Shown: positions 44,066-52,591 of the stretch, piece after piece
Layout: each line of letters begins with the position of its first letter
Numbering within the stretch: the first letter of the stretch is position 1
NCBI GenBank assembly: GCA_963709325.1
Contig: CAVPVV010000003.1
Coordinates: 1,827,889 to 1,891,888 of the forward strand
Source: an uncultured Acidobacteriota bacterium
Lineage (GTDB): Bacteria; Acidobacteriota; Vicinamibacteria; Vicinamibacterales; UBA2999
Reading direction: 5' to 3'
DNA length: 64,000 nucleotides
Program-made: the position numbers and the translations under genes
Notes under the pieces: model-generated
Databases searched by the model: none
What the model saw: only the letters and a program-made list of their open reading frames with translations
What the model was told of the DNA's origin: nothing

Positions 44066-46541
44066 ACTCGTTCTCCGGCAGCACCGGGAGCGGCACCTCG
44101 CCCGGGATCACCCGCGTGAACCCGCCACGCTGCATCAGCTCGCGCCCCTTGCCGCCGCGGCCGGTCACCTCGTACTTGGCGGTGCTGATCGTCTGCTCGC
44201 CGCCGCGCGAGGTCTCCACCGTCATCAGGTCGCGATCGCCGGTCGACGCAATTGCGCCGATCACCCGGTCGTCGTCCTGCACCTTGATGAGGATCACGCC
44301 GCGGCCCGGCCCGGACAGGAAGTTGACCTCCTCGACCGAGCAGAGGATGGCGCGCGCGTCTTTGGTCGCGGCGATGATCGTTTCCTCGCCGGTCACGCAG
44401 GCCACGGCAACCACTTCCTGGCCCTCCGGCACGCGAGCGTAGCGGCGCCCGGCCCGGGTGCTCGGTTCGACGAAACCCGCCAGCGAGAAACGGAGGCTGT
44501 AGCCATCGCTCGTCACTGCCATCGCGTGCACCGGGGGCGCCTCGGCTTCGGCATCTGCGTTCTTCCCGTTCCGCGCTCCGTTCTCTTCCTCTCCTTCCGG
44601 CACGTGTCCGATGTCCCCGCGCACTCTCGCGTCGAGGCTGAGCGCGGCGATCACCCGCTCGCCGTCCTTGAACTTGAACAGCTTCTGGACCGGCTCGCCA
44701 TATCCGGTCGACGCCGGCACATCGACGAACCGAGCGGTGTATGCCGATCCGAAGTTCGAGAAGAACACCACGGTGGCGCGGGTCGAGCCGGCCATCGCGG
44801 CAAGGACGCTGTCCCCTTCGCGAAGCCGGGTCGTGGCCAGGTCCTTCACCTCTTTCTGCCGCTTCACCCACCCGTCCCGCGACACGATCACGACGTTGTC
44901 CTCGTCGACGATGAAGGCGTCGGCGGAGTACTCGACCTCCTCGGTCTCCTCGATGCGGGTGCGTCGCGGGTCGATCTTCGGATCGCCGTACTTCTTCTGG
45001 ATCTCCTGCAGCTCATCGCGAACCAGCGTCCAGCGGCTGTTCTCGTCCTTGAGCAGCGCGTTGATCTGCCGGGCCCGCTTGCGCTTTTCGGACAGCTCCT
45101 GCTGGATGACGAGGATCTCCAGGCGGGCCAGCCGATAGAGTTTCAGTTCGAGGATCGCGTCGGTCTGCTCGGCGTCGAGCGAGAACCGCTTGATGATCTT
45201 CTCGGCGGCGTCGGCTTTGCCGTCGCTCTTGCGGATGATCTTGATGATCTCGTCGAGCGCGTCGAAGACCTTCTCGAATCCCTCGAGGATGTGGATCCGC
45301 TTCTGCAGCTGGCCGAGCTCGTGCTCGAGCCGCGACGTGACCACATCGAGGCGGAAGTGCAGGAAGTGCCAGAGCATCTGCTTGAGATCGAGCCGCTCGG
45401 GGCGTCCGACCTCCGCGTTTTCCGTCGGCACCAGGCAGGTCAGGTTCACCGCGAACGAGGTCTGGAGCGAGGTGTGCTTGAAGAGGTACGCCATGACCAG
45501 GTTCTCGTCGGCGCTTCCCTTCAGCTCCAACTCGATCCGCACATCGTCGGTGGACAAGTCCTTGACGTCCACCAGGTGCGGCATCTTGCGGCTGAGCACC
45601 ACCTCGCCGATCTGCTCGACGAGCTGCGCCTTGTTGACGCCGTACGGCACGCTCGTGACGTAGACGGTCTTGGCGCTCCGTGACGTCGGGCCCAGTTCCC
45701 AGGTGCTGCGAATCCGCACCGACCCGGAGCCGGTCTGGTAAATCTCTTTCAGCTCGGACGGCGAGTTGAGGATGTGACCGCCGGTCGGAAAGTCCGGCCC
45801 CTTCACCCAGCGACACAGCTGCACCGACGAAAGATCGGGATCGTCCAGCAGCTTGATCAGCGCATTGCAGATCTCGTGGAGGTTGTGCGGCGGGATATTG
45901 GTGGCCATCCCGACCGCGATCCCGGTGGCGCCGTTGACCAGCAGGTTCGGGATGCGCGACGGGAGCACCACCGGCTCCTGCTTGGTCCCGTCGTAGCTCG
46001 GGCGGAAGGGGACCGTTTCCCGCTCGATCTCCAGCAGCACTTCGTCGGAGAGCCTGGCCAGCCGGCATTCGGTGTAGCGCATCGCCGCGGCGGCGTCGCC
46101 GTCGAGCGATCCGAAGTTGCCGGAGCCGTCGATCAGCGGGTAGCGCAGCGAGAAGGGCTGCGCCATGCGGACCAGGGTCTCGTAGATCGCCGAATCGCCG
46201 TGCGGGTGGTAGTTGCCCATCACGTCGCCGACCACCTTGGCGCACTTGCGGTGCTTGGCGTCGGCGGTGAGGTTCTGCTGCCACATCGTGTAAAGGATGC
46301 GGCGCTGCACCGGCTTGAGCCCGTCACGCACATCGGGGAGCGCGCGTGAGGTGATCACCGACAGCGCGTAATTCAGGTAGCGCGACTGTGCAGCCTCGTG
46401 GAGCGACACGGCCGATCCGTCGCCCGGCGGCACGGGAGGACCGTCACCGCCTCGCGGCGGCGCGGGCGGCGGTGGCGCGGTTGGTTCGATCGGGCTGTCG
46501 TTGTCGTCGAAGAGCGAGGGTTCGGCCGGGCGCTTTGCCAT
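44064..46541 (-). CDS. Type IIA topoisomerase A subunit (GyrA/ParC family), intact
   Basis: ..[75 protein letters not shown].. 825 aa. Confidence 0.9.
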   Translation of the reverse strand: MAKRPAEPSLFDDNDSPIEPTAPPPPAPPRGGDGPPVPPGDGSAVSLHEAAQSRYLNYALSVITSRALPDVRDGLKPVQRRILYTMWQQNLTADAKHRKCAKVVGDVMGNYHPHGDSAIYETLVRMAQPFSLRYPLIDGSGNFGSLDGDAAAAMRYTECRLARLSDEVLLEIERETVPFRPSYDGTKQEPVVLPSRIPNLLVNGATGIAVGMATNIPPHNLHEICNALIKLLDDPDLSSVQLCRWVKGPDFPTGGHILNSPSELKEIYQTGSGSVRIRSTWELGPTSRSAKTVYVTSVPYGVNKAQLVEQIGEVVLSRKMPHLVDVKDLSTDDVRIELELKGSADENLVMAYLFKHTSLQTSFAVNLTCLVPTENAEVGRPERLDLKQMLWHFLHFRLDVVTSRLEHELGQLQKRIHILEGFEKVFDALDEIIKIIRKSDGKADAAEKIIKRFSLDAEQTDAILELKLYRLARLEILVIQQELSEKRKRARQINALLKDENSRWTLVRDELQEIQKKYGDPKIDPRRTRIEETEEVEYSADAFIVDEDNVVIVSRDGWVKRQKEVKDLATTRLREGDSVLAAMAGSTRATVVFFSNFGSAYTARFVDVPASTGYGEPVQKLFKFKDGERVIAALSLDARVRGDIGHVPEGEEENGARNGKNADAEAEAPPVHAMAVTSDGYSLRFSLAGFVEPSTRAGRRYARVPEGQEVVAVACVTGEETIIAATKDARAILCSVEEVNFLSGPGRGVILIKVQDDDRVIGAIASTGDRDLMTVETSRGGEQTISTAKYEVTGRGGKGRELMQRGGFTRVIPGEVPLPVLPENE

Positions 46542-46543
46542 CA

Positions 46544-46620
46544 GAACAGGAGAGAGGAGACAGGAGACAGGAGATAGACAGGAACCAGGAACCAGGAATC
46601 AGGAATCAGGAATCAGAATA
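46544..46620. repeat. Tandem heptamer array (GGAGAGA/GGAGACA, then AGGAACC x2, AGGAATC x3)
   Basis: Read directly, in the spacer between the MBL stop (46647) and the topoisomerase start (46541). Confidence 0.85.
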
Positions 46621-46646
46621 GCGGAATTCCGACCAGCGGCGGCGGC

Positions 46647-47648
46647 TTAACGGACGCGGAGCTTGCCGGCCTTCGCGCACTCCTCGGCGACCGTCAGATA
46701 GCGCGCGACCGCCTCGGGGCCAACGACGTAGGGGTGCGGATCGCCGGGCTTGCGCGTGGCCATGGCCGGCAGCTTCGCCTTGGAGCCGTCGTAGTTCGTG
46801 TGGTTAGACAGAATCACGTCGGCTCGCGCTGCGGCGGCGAGACTGCGGAAGTTCTGCGCCGAGGCGATATAGCGATCGAACCAGAAGCTGTCGGGCCGCT
46901 CCGGCGTGATGTAGCCGGCGCGGTTCCTGACCCAGTTGAACGCGGTGCCGCCCCAGTAGGCGGCGGTGTGCGCACGCCCCCCATCGCGAACCGGAATCAG
47001 CGTGGAGATAGTGCCGAGCGTGTGACCGGGCGTGAAGTGCAGCGTCAGCGTGGTGTCGCCGAGCGTGAGCTTCTGGCCGTCCGTGGCCACCACGTCGCGC
47101 TTCGGCTTGCGCCACGTCCCACCGGTCTTCGACAGCAGATCCCAGTCCGCCTCCGAGATCACCACGCGGGCGTCGAACCGATCCTGCAGGAACGCAGCGC
47201 CGCCGACGTGATCGTAGTGCGCGTGACTGACGAGGACGTACTTGATCGTCGCCGGATCGAGACCGAGGGTGCGCAGGCCGCCCACCACCTGCGGTTCCAC
47301 GGAGTAATCGAAGATCGGATCGATGATGATGATGCCCTCGGAGGTGGTCACCGCCCACGCCGAGTACTCCTGCTCGCCGACGAAGTAGAGGTTGTCGAAA
47401 ACCTTGACCGGTTTGGCTTGCCAGCTCTCACGCGGCGGCGGGCCCGCCTGCCGCGCCGGCGCTGCTGGCGCGGGCTGGACCGCAGCAGGCGCCTCGCACA
47501 ACCCGAAGAGCGCGGTGAAGTCCTTCCCCGCTGCCGCCCGCGCGGCCGCGACATGGCTTTCAACCGAGTCCTGCTCCGACCCCGCCAGCGGCGCGGCGGC
47601 AAGCATTGCCGACACGCCGAGCGCCGACCAGATCCTCGAGCGGCTCAT
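46647..47648 (-). CDS. Subclass B3-type metallo-beta-lactamase-fold hydrolase, exported
   Basis: Signal peptide MSRSRIWSALGVSAMLAAAPLAG. B3-type ligand set VSHAHYDHVGG (HxHxDH), HFTPGHTLG, and LSNHTNYD. Confidence 0.8.
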   Translation of the reverse strand: MSRSRIWSALGVSAMLAAAPLAGSEQDSVESHVAAARAAAGKDFTALFGLCEAPAAVQPAPAAPARQAGPPPRESWQAKPVKVFDNLYFVGEQEYSAWAVTTSEGIIIIDPIFDYSVEPQVVGGLRTLGLDPATIKYVLVSHAHYDHVGGAAFLQDRFDARVVISEADWDLLSKTGGTWRKPKRDVVATDGQKLTLGDTTLTLHFTPGHTLGTISTLIPVRDGGRAHTAAYWGGTAFNWVRNRAGYITPERPDSFWFDRYIASAQNFRSLAAAARADVILSNHTNYDGSKAKLPAMATRKPGDPHPYVVGPEAVARYLTVAEECAKAGKLRVR

Positions 47649-47677
47649 AAGGCGGATTATAGGCGCCGCCGCGCGCC

Positions 47678-47743
47678 AGGAGTCAGGAGTCAGGAGTCAG
47701 GAGGTAGGAACTAGGAACCGGGAACCAGGAACCAGGAACTAGG
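47678..47743. repeat. Tandem heptamer array (AGGAGTC x3, AGGAGGT, AGGAACT, AGGAACC, GGGAACC, AGGAACC, AGGAACT, AGG)
   Basis: Read directly. It abuts the left end of the IS remnant. Confidence 0.85.
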
Positions 47744-48398
47744 GGTGTTGTACCAGGACATGAGTCACGGCGCCTGGCGGCAGTAGAGTTTACGCCGTTC
47801 GACCGGCGCCATGCGGCCCAGGCTGAGATGCGGTCGCTCATGGTTGTGGTACCAGACGAATGCCTCGACGGCGCGGCTGCGGGCGGCAAACGTGCAGAGC
47901 GGCCGCTACGGCCGCAGGACCAGGTGACGAATGCCCAACGCGGCGCAGACATCCTGGAACCGCGTCAACCGGTCTGCATCGCGCGCGTGGCGCATCGTGA
48001 AGGCGAACGCGTTATCGGTGAGGACGGCTTCGATGGGATACGGGAGCGTGGCCGCGACCTGCTCGAGGAACGCGGCCGCCGCCGCACGGGTCTGCTCGGT
48101 CCGAATCGCGACCACGGCCTCGCGGCTGAAGTCGTCGACGGCGGCGAACACGAGGTCATGCCGCGCATTGCGCAGCGCCGGCAGCTACTTCAGGTCGAGA
48201 TGGAGCAGCTCGCCGGGCCGCTGCTTTTCGTAGCGCCGCGGCGTGGGCCGCGCCGGTCGCGGCAGCTGATTGACGCGGCGTCGCGCCTGGATGCGCTGCA
48301 CCGTGCTCCGGCCAGAGGCCCACGGCGTGCGCGATGCGGGCCGCACTCAGCCGTTGGGCAGGCAACCGCAGTGACACTGATGTCCTGGTACCGCTCAC
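47743..48398 (-). mobile_element. Decayed IS481-family-like insertion sequence (about 656 bp) with terminal inverted repeats and a fragmented transposase
   Basis: Inverted repeats GGTGTTGTACCAGGACATGAGTCAC (47744-47768) and GTGACACTGATGTCCTGGTACCGCTCACC (48371-48399) share a 12/12 core, GTACCAGGACAT. Minus-strand fragments: ..STVQRIQARRRVNQLPRPARPTPRRYEKQRPGELLHLDLK*, ..FAAVDDFSREAVV..AVLTDNAFAF..LGIRHLVLRP*, and ..FVWYHNHERPHLSLG.. (rve-type integrase core with stops and deletions). CTAG flanks both ends (47739-47742 and 48399-48402). Confidence 0.75.
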
Positions 48399-48399
48399 C

Positions 48400-48531
48400 T
48401 AGTTCCTAGTTTTTAGTTCCTGGTTCCTAGTTCCTGGTTCCTAGTTCCTGGTTCCTAGTTCCTGATTCCTAGTTCCTGATTCCTATCTTCTGTCTCCTCT
48501 TTCCTCTCTCCTCTCTCCTATTTCCTGCCTC
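48400..48531. repeat. Longest tandem heptamer array (about 19 units: TAGTTCC/TGGTTCC/TGATTCC, then TCTCTCC-type)
   Basis: Read directly. Its orientation is inverted relative to the arrays at 47678-47743 and 46544-46620. It ends 3 nt before the M64 stop codon. Confidence 0.9.
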
Positions 48532-48534
48532 GTG

Positions 48535-50485
48535 TCACGGAACCGTAACCGTTGCCGGTACGCTTGGCGTACTAGAGCCGCACGCGTTCGTCGCCGCGAC
48601 GCGCAGCTCGTAAGTCCCCGGCCCAGCAACCGCGCTGAGGATCCGTCCGGTAACCGGGAAGCTGCCGGTGTAACTGCCGGCCACCGACAGCACGAAGCCG
48701 GAGGGTGCGCTTCCGCTCGGCGGCAGGTTCCAGGTCACCGTCACCCGGTTCCCATCTCGGGCCGTGGTCAGGTTGACCGGCGTTTGCGGCGGCGTGCACG
48801 TGCCGGGGAACGCCAGCGTCACCGGAGTGGACGGCAGGCTCGTCCCCGCTCCGTTCACGGCTCGCACGCTGAACGTGTAGGTACCCGGCGGGACGCTCAC
48901 ATAGCTGAAACTCTCCGTCGCCGGCAGCGTCACCGACGTGCTGATCGATCCGCTCACGTCGAGGACGATTCCGCTCGGCGCTCCGCCACCGGCGTTCTGC
49001 CAGGCGAGCGACAGTCGTGGAACCAGCGGCGCCGCCGAGCAGGTTCGTCGGAGTACCAGGAGGCTGTGGCACGTTGACGTAGATACGAATCTCGTTCGAG
49101 GCCCCGGAACGCGCCGCGGCGTTCAGCGCGTGGATGCGCACGTAGAAGGCCCCGGTCGGCGCGGTGAACGTGAACGATGGCGCCGCGCTGCCGGTGGAGA
49201 TGCTGGCCAGCACCTGGCCGGGCGACACGCCGCCCTCGAGCACGTAGCCGGTCGGCGCGAACGCCGTCGGTGGCGTCCAGCTCAAGGTCACCGTATTGCC
49301 GGCAATCGATGACGCGGTCAGGAACGTCGGCACCGCGGTGACGCCGTTCTGCACGGTCACATCCCACGCGCGGCTTTCCGACAGCAGCGCCGTCGGATCG
49401 CTCCTGACCAGGCCGGTCGTGTCCTGGATCGACACCTCGACGTGATGAGTGCCGAGCGGCAGGATGTCCGAGCTGAACCTCGTGCCGGTGGTAGTGAGAA
49501 CGCCATTGACGAACCAGCGCACAAGGAGCGCATGGGTTCTCGGCGACGGGACGGCAACCTCGAACAGGTTTGGCACCCCGAGCACGACGGTCGCGGCGCT
49601 CGTGGATGGGCTCACCCCGTCGATCGGCGACACGAAGTTGTAGATGCGCCGCACGTGCTGCTCGGTGTTGATCTGCTCGAAGGGACGGCCCAGCGATCGC
49701 ATCTTCGAGTCGTAGGTCGGACGGTAAGCGCCCGACGCGCAGTAGACCGCGCCATCGTACAGCCCCGGCATTCCGTTCACCGCGCCGCCGGTCGGCACCG
49801 GCGTCCCGGGATCGATCCAGTGGCGCCACTTGATGAACTCGCGCCTCGTTTCACGGGTCGCGTTCGCGTTGGTCGGCTCGGTCGTCACGCACGGCGGCGG
49901 CGAATAGTTGTACTCGTCGGCCAGCTGCGCAAACGTGTGGCCGTTTTCGTGCAGCACCAGCTCGGTGGCCTGGGCATGGAGCGATGCGACGGCGACCGCG
50001 CCGCCCGAGCCGCCGTATTCCGCGTCGTTGACGATGACCAGCACGAGGTCCCGGGCGTCGGCAGGAATCGCGCTCCTGGTCAGCACCGCGTTGACGTTGG
50101 CCGTCGAGACGCAGATGAGACGCTGGATATTCGAGCAGTTGTAGGTGGCGTTCAGCGCCGTATCCACGTAGGCGCCGCGCTCGGGGTGATCCGCGCCCGA
50201 CTGCGCGCTGACCACGTCCACTCGATGCACGTTGAAATAGGCCGCGTACTCCAGATACGGCTCCTGGGCGAAGAGCCGCTGCACCTGCACCTCGATCTGC
50301 GCCGCGTACGCCCCGGAGGCGATCTGATCGGCAGTGAAGCCGTCGCCGAGGATCACCAGGTCCACCCGGTTCGCGCTCGGCCCGCCGCTGCGGATGGTCG
50401 TCACCGGCTCGGCCATCGCGAGCGCGGCAGACCAGGCCCAGCACAGGGCAATCAGCGGGCCCGTCACTCGTCTCCGCGCGGTCAT
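48535..50485 (-). CDS. M64-family (IgA-peptidase-like) zinc metallopeptidase with C-terminal FN3-like repeats (frameshift at about 49020-49040)
   Basis: The ATG at 50483-50485 overlaps the upstream TGA. Signal peptide [25 protein letters not shown]. Also ..VLVIVNDAEYGGSGG..LVLHENGHTFAQLADEY.. The FN3-like modules continue in the frame of 48535..48957 (..SLAWQNAGGGAPSGIVLDVSGSISTSVTLPA..). Confidence 0.8.
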
Positions 50486-51042
50486 CGCACTGTCACCTGG
50501 ATCAGGCCAAGGCTCCGGAGCAGGAACTGTCCGCCGTCCGAGTAGGTCTCGTAGACGTGGAGCGCCGTGGTCGCGGAATCGGGCACCACGACCAGGAGCT
50601 CGACCTCCGGCCGATAGAGCAGCTCGCCGGAGAGTTCGCCCGTCGGTCCGGGCAGCTCGGCGCGCAGGAGCCGCGGATCGCGCTGCTTCTGCCAGCTGGT
50701 CTCGCGCCCGTTCGCGTCGGTCGCGACGATCACCAGATCGTGTTCGGCAAGCTGCGGGTCGCGCTCGCGCTGAAACGGACCGCGGATGTCGCTCCTCCCC
50801 ACCACTTCGAAACTGTTGACCGGCGTCACCGCGGCGGCGGGAACCGGTTCGCCGGTGGCGCTTGTCGCGGCAACCCACCGGACATGAAGCTCGGGAACGG
50901 TCTGATTCGAAACGAGCGAGGCGACAGGTGGAACCGCAGACACGACCTCGGCGGCGAACCGGTCACGCTGGGCCAGGACGGGGCCGCTGAGGGCCAACAA
51001 CACCGCCCACACGACTAGGGACTGGCAAAGGATCGTACCCAT
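50482..51042 (-). CDS. Hypothetical secreted protein, translationally coupled to the M64 peptidase
   Basis: Frame of 50482..51228. ATG at 51040-51042. Signal-like [26 protein letters not shown] recognise no family. Confidence 0.6.
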   Translation of the reverse strand: MGTILCQSLVVWAVLLALSGPVLAQRDRFAAEVVSAVPPVASLVSNQTVPELHVRWVAATSATGEPVPAAAVTPVNSFEVVGRSDIRGPFQRERDPQLAEHDLVIVATDANGRETSWQKQRDPRLLRAELPGPTGELSGELLYRPEVELLVVVPDSATTALHVYETYSDGGQFLLRSLGLIQVTVR

Positions 51043-51169
51043 CGCGACAGGTCCTCTTGCTGGAGTAGCAGTTCGCCGGTGGTGGCGAGCGCGGGCGAGT
51101 ATACGCCAGCTACGGCACAGCTTCGACTGGCCGCATGATGGGCGGCTCCTCGGCGGTAGACTTCGGGCC

Positions 51170-52540
51170 ATGAGCGAGACCGTCAAATACCTGCTCGACG
51201 AATCGCGCATTCCGAGGGCCTGGTACAACCTGATGGCCGACCTGCCATCGCCGCCGCCACCGGTGCTGCACCCCGGGACGCTGAAGCCGGTCGGTCCCGA
51301 CGACCTCGCGCCGCTTTTCCCGATGTCGCTGATCCTTCAGGAGGTGTCCGCCGCGCGGGAGATCGAGATTCCCGGCCCGGTCCGCGACGTCTACAAGCAG
51401 TGGCGCCCGACGCCGTTGTTCCGAGCCCGTCGCCTGGAACGGGCGCTGCAGACACCCGCCCGCATCTATTACAAGTACGAAGGGGTCAGCCCCTCCGGCA
51501 GCCACAAGCCGAACACCGCGGTAGCCCAGGCGTTCTTCAATCGCGAGGCGGGCGTCCGCAAGATCACGACCGAGACCGGTGCCGGACAGTGGGGCTCGTC
51601 GCTGTCCTTCGCCGGCGCGCTCTTCGGCATCGACGTCCAGGTCTTCATGGTGCGCGTGTCGTACGAGCAGAAGCCGTATCGGCGCCTGATGATGGAGACC
51701 TTCGGCGCGCGGTGCATTCCGAGCCCGTCGATGGAAACCAACTACGGCCGCTCGGTTCTCGCGCACACGCCGGACAGCCCGGGCAGCCTCGGCATCGCGA
51801 TCTCCGAAGCGGTGGAAGTCGCCGCCACCCACGACGACACGAAGTACGCGCTCGGCTCTGTGCTCAATCACGTGCTGCTGCACCAGACCGTGATCGGCCA
51901 GGAGGCGATCGCGCAGCTCGAAATGGCCGGCGACTACCCCGACATCGTCGTCGGCTGCACCGGCGGCGGATCGAACTTCTCTGGCATCGCGTTCCCGTTC
52001 ATCGGCGCCCAGCTGCGCGGCGGGAAGAAGGTGCGGGCGATCGCGGTGGAGCCGGCGGCGTGTCCGAGCCTGACGCGCGGCCGTTATGCCTACGACTTCG
52101 GCGACACCGGGAAGATGACGCCGCTCGCCAAGATGCACACGCTGGGATCGGCGTTCGTGCCGCCCGGGTTCCACGCCGGGGGGTTGCGGTACCACGGCAT
52201 GGCCCCGCTCGTATCGCACGTCAAGGAACTGGGCCTGATCGAGGCGCGCGCCGAGCACCAGACGCAGTGCTTCGAGGCCGGCGTGCTCTTCGCGCGGGCC
52301 GAGGGGATCGTTCCGGCGCCGGAGGCGAATCATGCCGTGAAGGGGGCGATCGACGAAGCCGTGAAGTGCCGCGAGGAGGGCGCGTCGAAAGTGATCCTCT
52401 TCAACCTGTGCGGGCACGGCCACTTCGACATGTCGGCGTACCAGGATTACTTCGCCGGCAAGCTCGAGGACCGCAGCTACGACGAAGGCGAGCTGGCGAT
52501 GGCGCTGGCCGGCCTGCCGGCCGTGCCGCCAGCCGGCTAG
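51170..52540 (+). CDS. TrpB-like PLP enzyme (tryptophan synthase beta chain, TrpB2 type)
   Basis: ..[46 protein letters not shown].. 456 aa. Confidence 0.9.
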   Translation: MSETVKYLLDESRIPRAWYNLMADLPSPPPPVLHPGTLKPVGPDDLAPLFPMSLILQEVSAAREIEIPGPVRDVYKQWRPTPLFRARRLERALQTPARIYYKYEGVSPSGSHKPNTAVAQAFFNREAGVRKITTETGAGQWGSSLSFAGALFGIDVQVFMVRVSYEQKPYRRLMMETFGARCIPSPSMETNYGRSVLAHTPDSPGSLGIAISEAVEVAATHDDTKYALGSVLNHVLLHQTVIGQEAIAQLEMAGDYPDIVVGCTGGGSNFSGIAFPFIGAQLRGGKKVRAIAVEPAACPSLTRGRYAYDFGDTGKMTPLAKMHTLGSAFVPPGFHAGGLRYHGMAPLVSHVKELGLIEARAEHQTQCFEAGVLFARAEGIVPAPEANHAVKGAIDEAVKCREEGASKVILFNLCGHGHFDMSAYQDYFAGKLEDRSYDEGELAMALAGLPAVPPAG

Positions 52541-52555
52541 GACGGCAACGTTCCG

Positions 52556-52576
52556 TCTTGTGCCTTCTGCCTTTTG
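52556..52576. repeat. CCTTCTG-family heptamers (TCTTGTG CCTTCTG CCTTTTG)
   Basis: 52557-52573 is identical over 17 nt to 33792-33808. Confidence 0.8.
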
Positions 52577-52591
52577 CCGTATCGTTTCCGC

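Noticed and set aside
48400-48531. Repeat arrays as a CRISPR locus.
   Set aside because: The period is 7 nt, the units are contiguous with no spacers, and there are no cas genes. These are tandem microsatellite-like arrays.
46544-48531. A composite transposon carrying an acquired metallo-beta-lactamase.
   Set aside because: Only one decayed IS copy is present. The 'arms' are the same low-complexity arrays found in many spacers. By eye the MBL gene has the same high-GC character as its neighbours. It is kept only as a low-to-moderate-interest finding.
52574-52591. TTG start for the amidase (track ORF 52574).
   Set aside because: The extra residues (MPYRFR) are encoded by the tail of the heptamer repeat and the sequence just after it. 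The ATG at 52592 begins a Tat-like signal.
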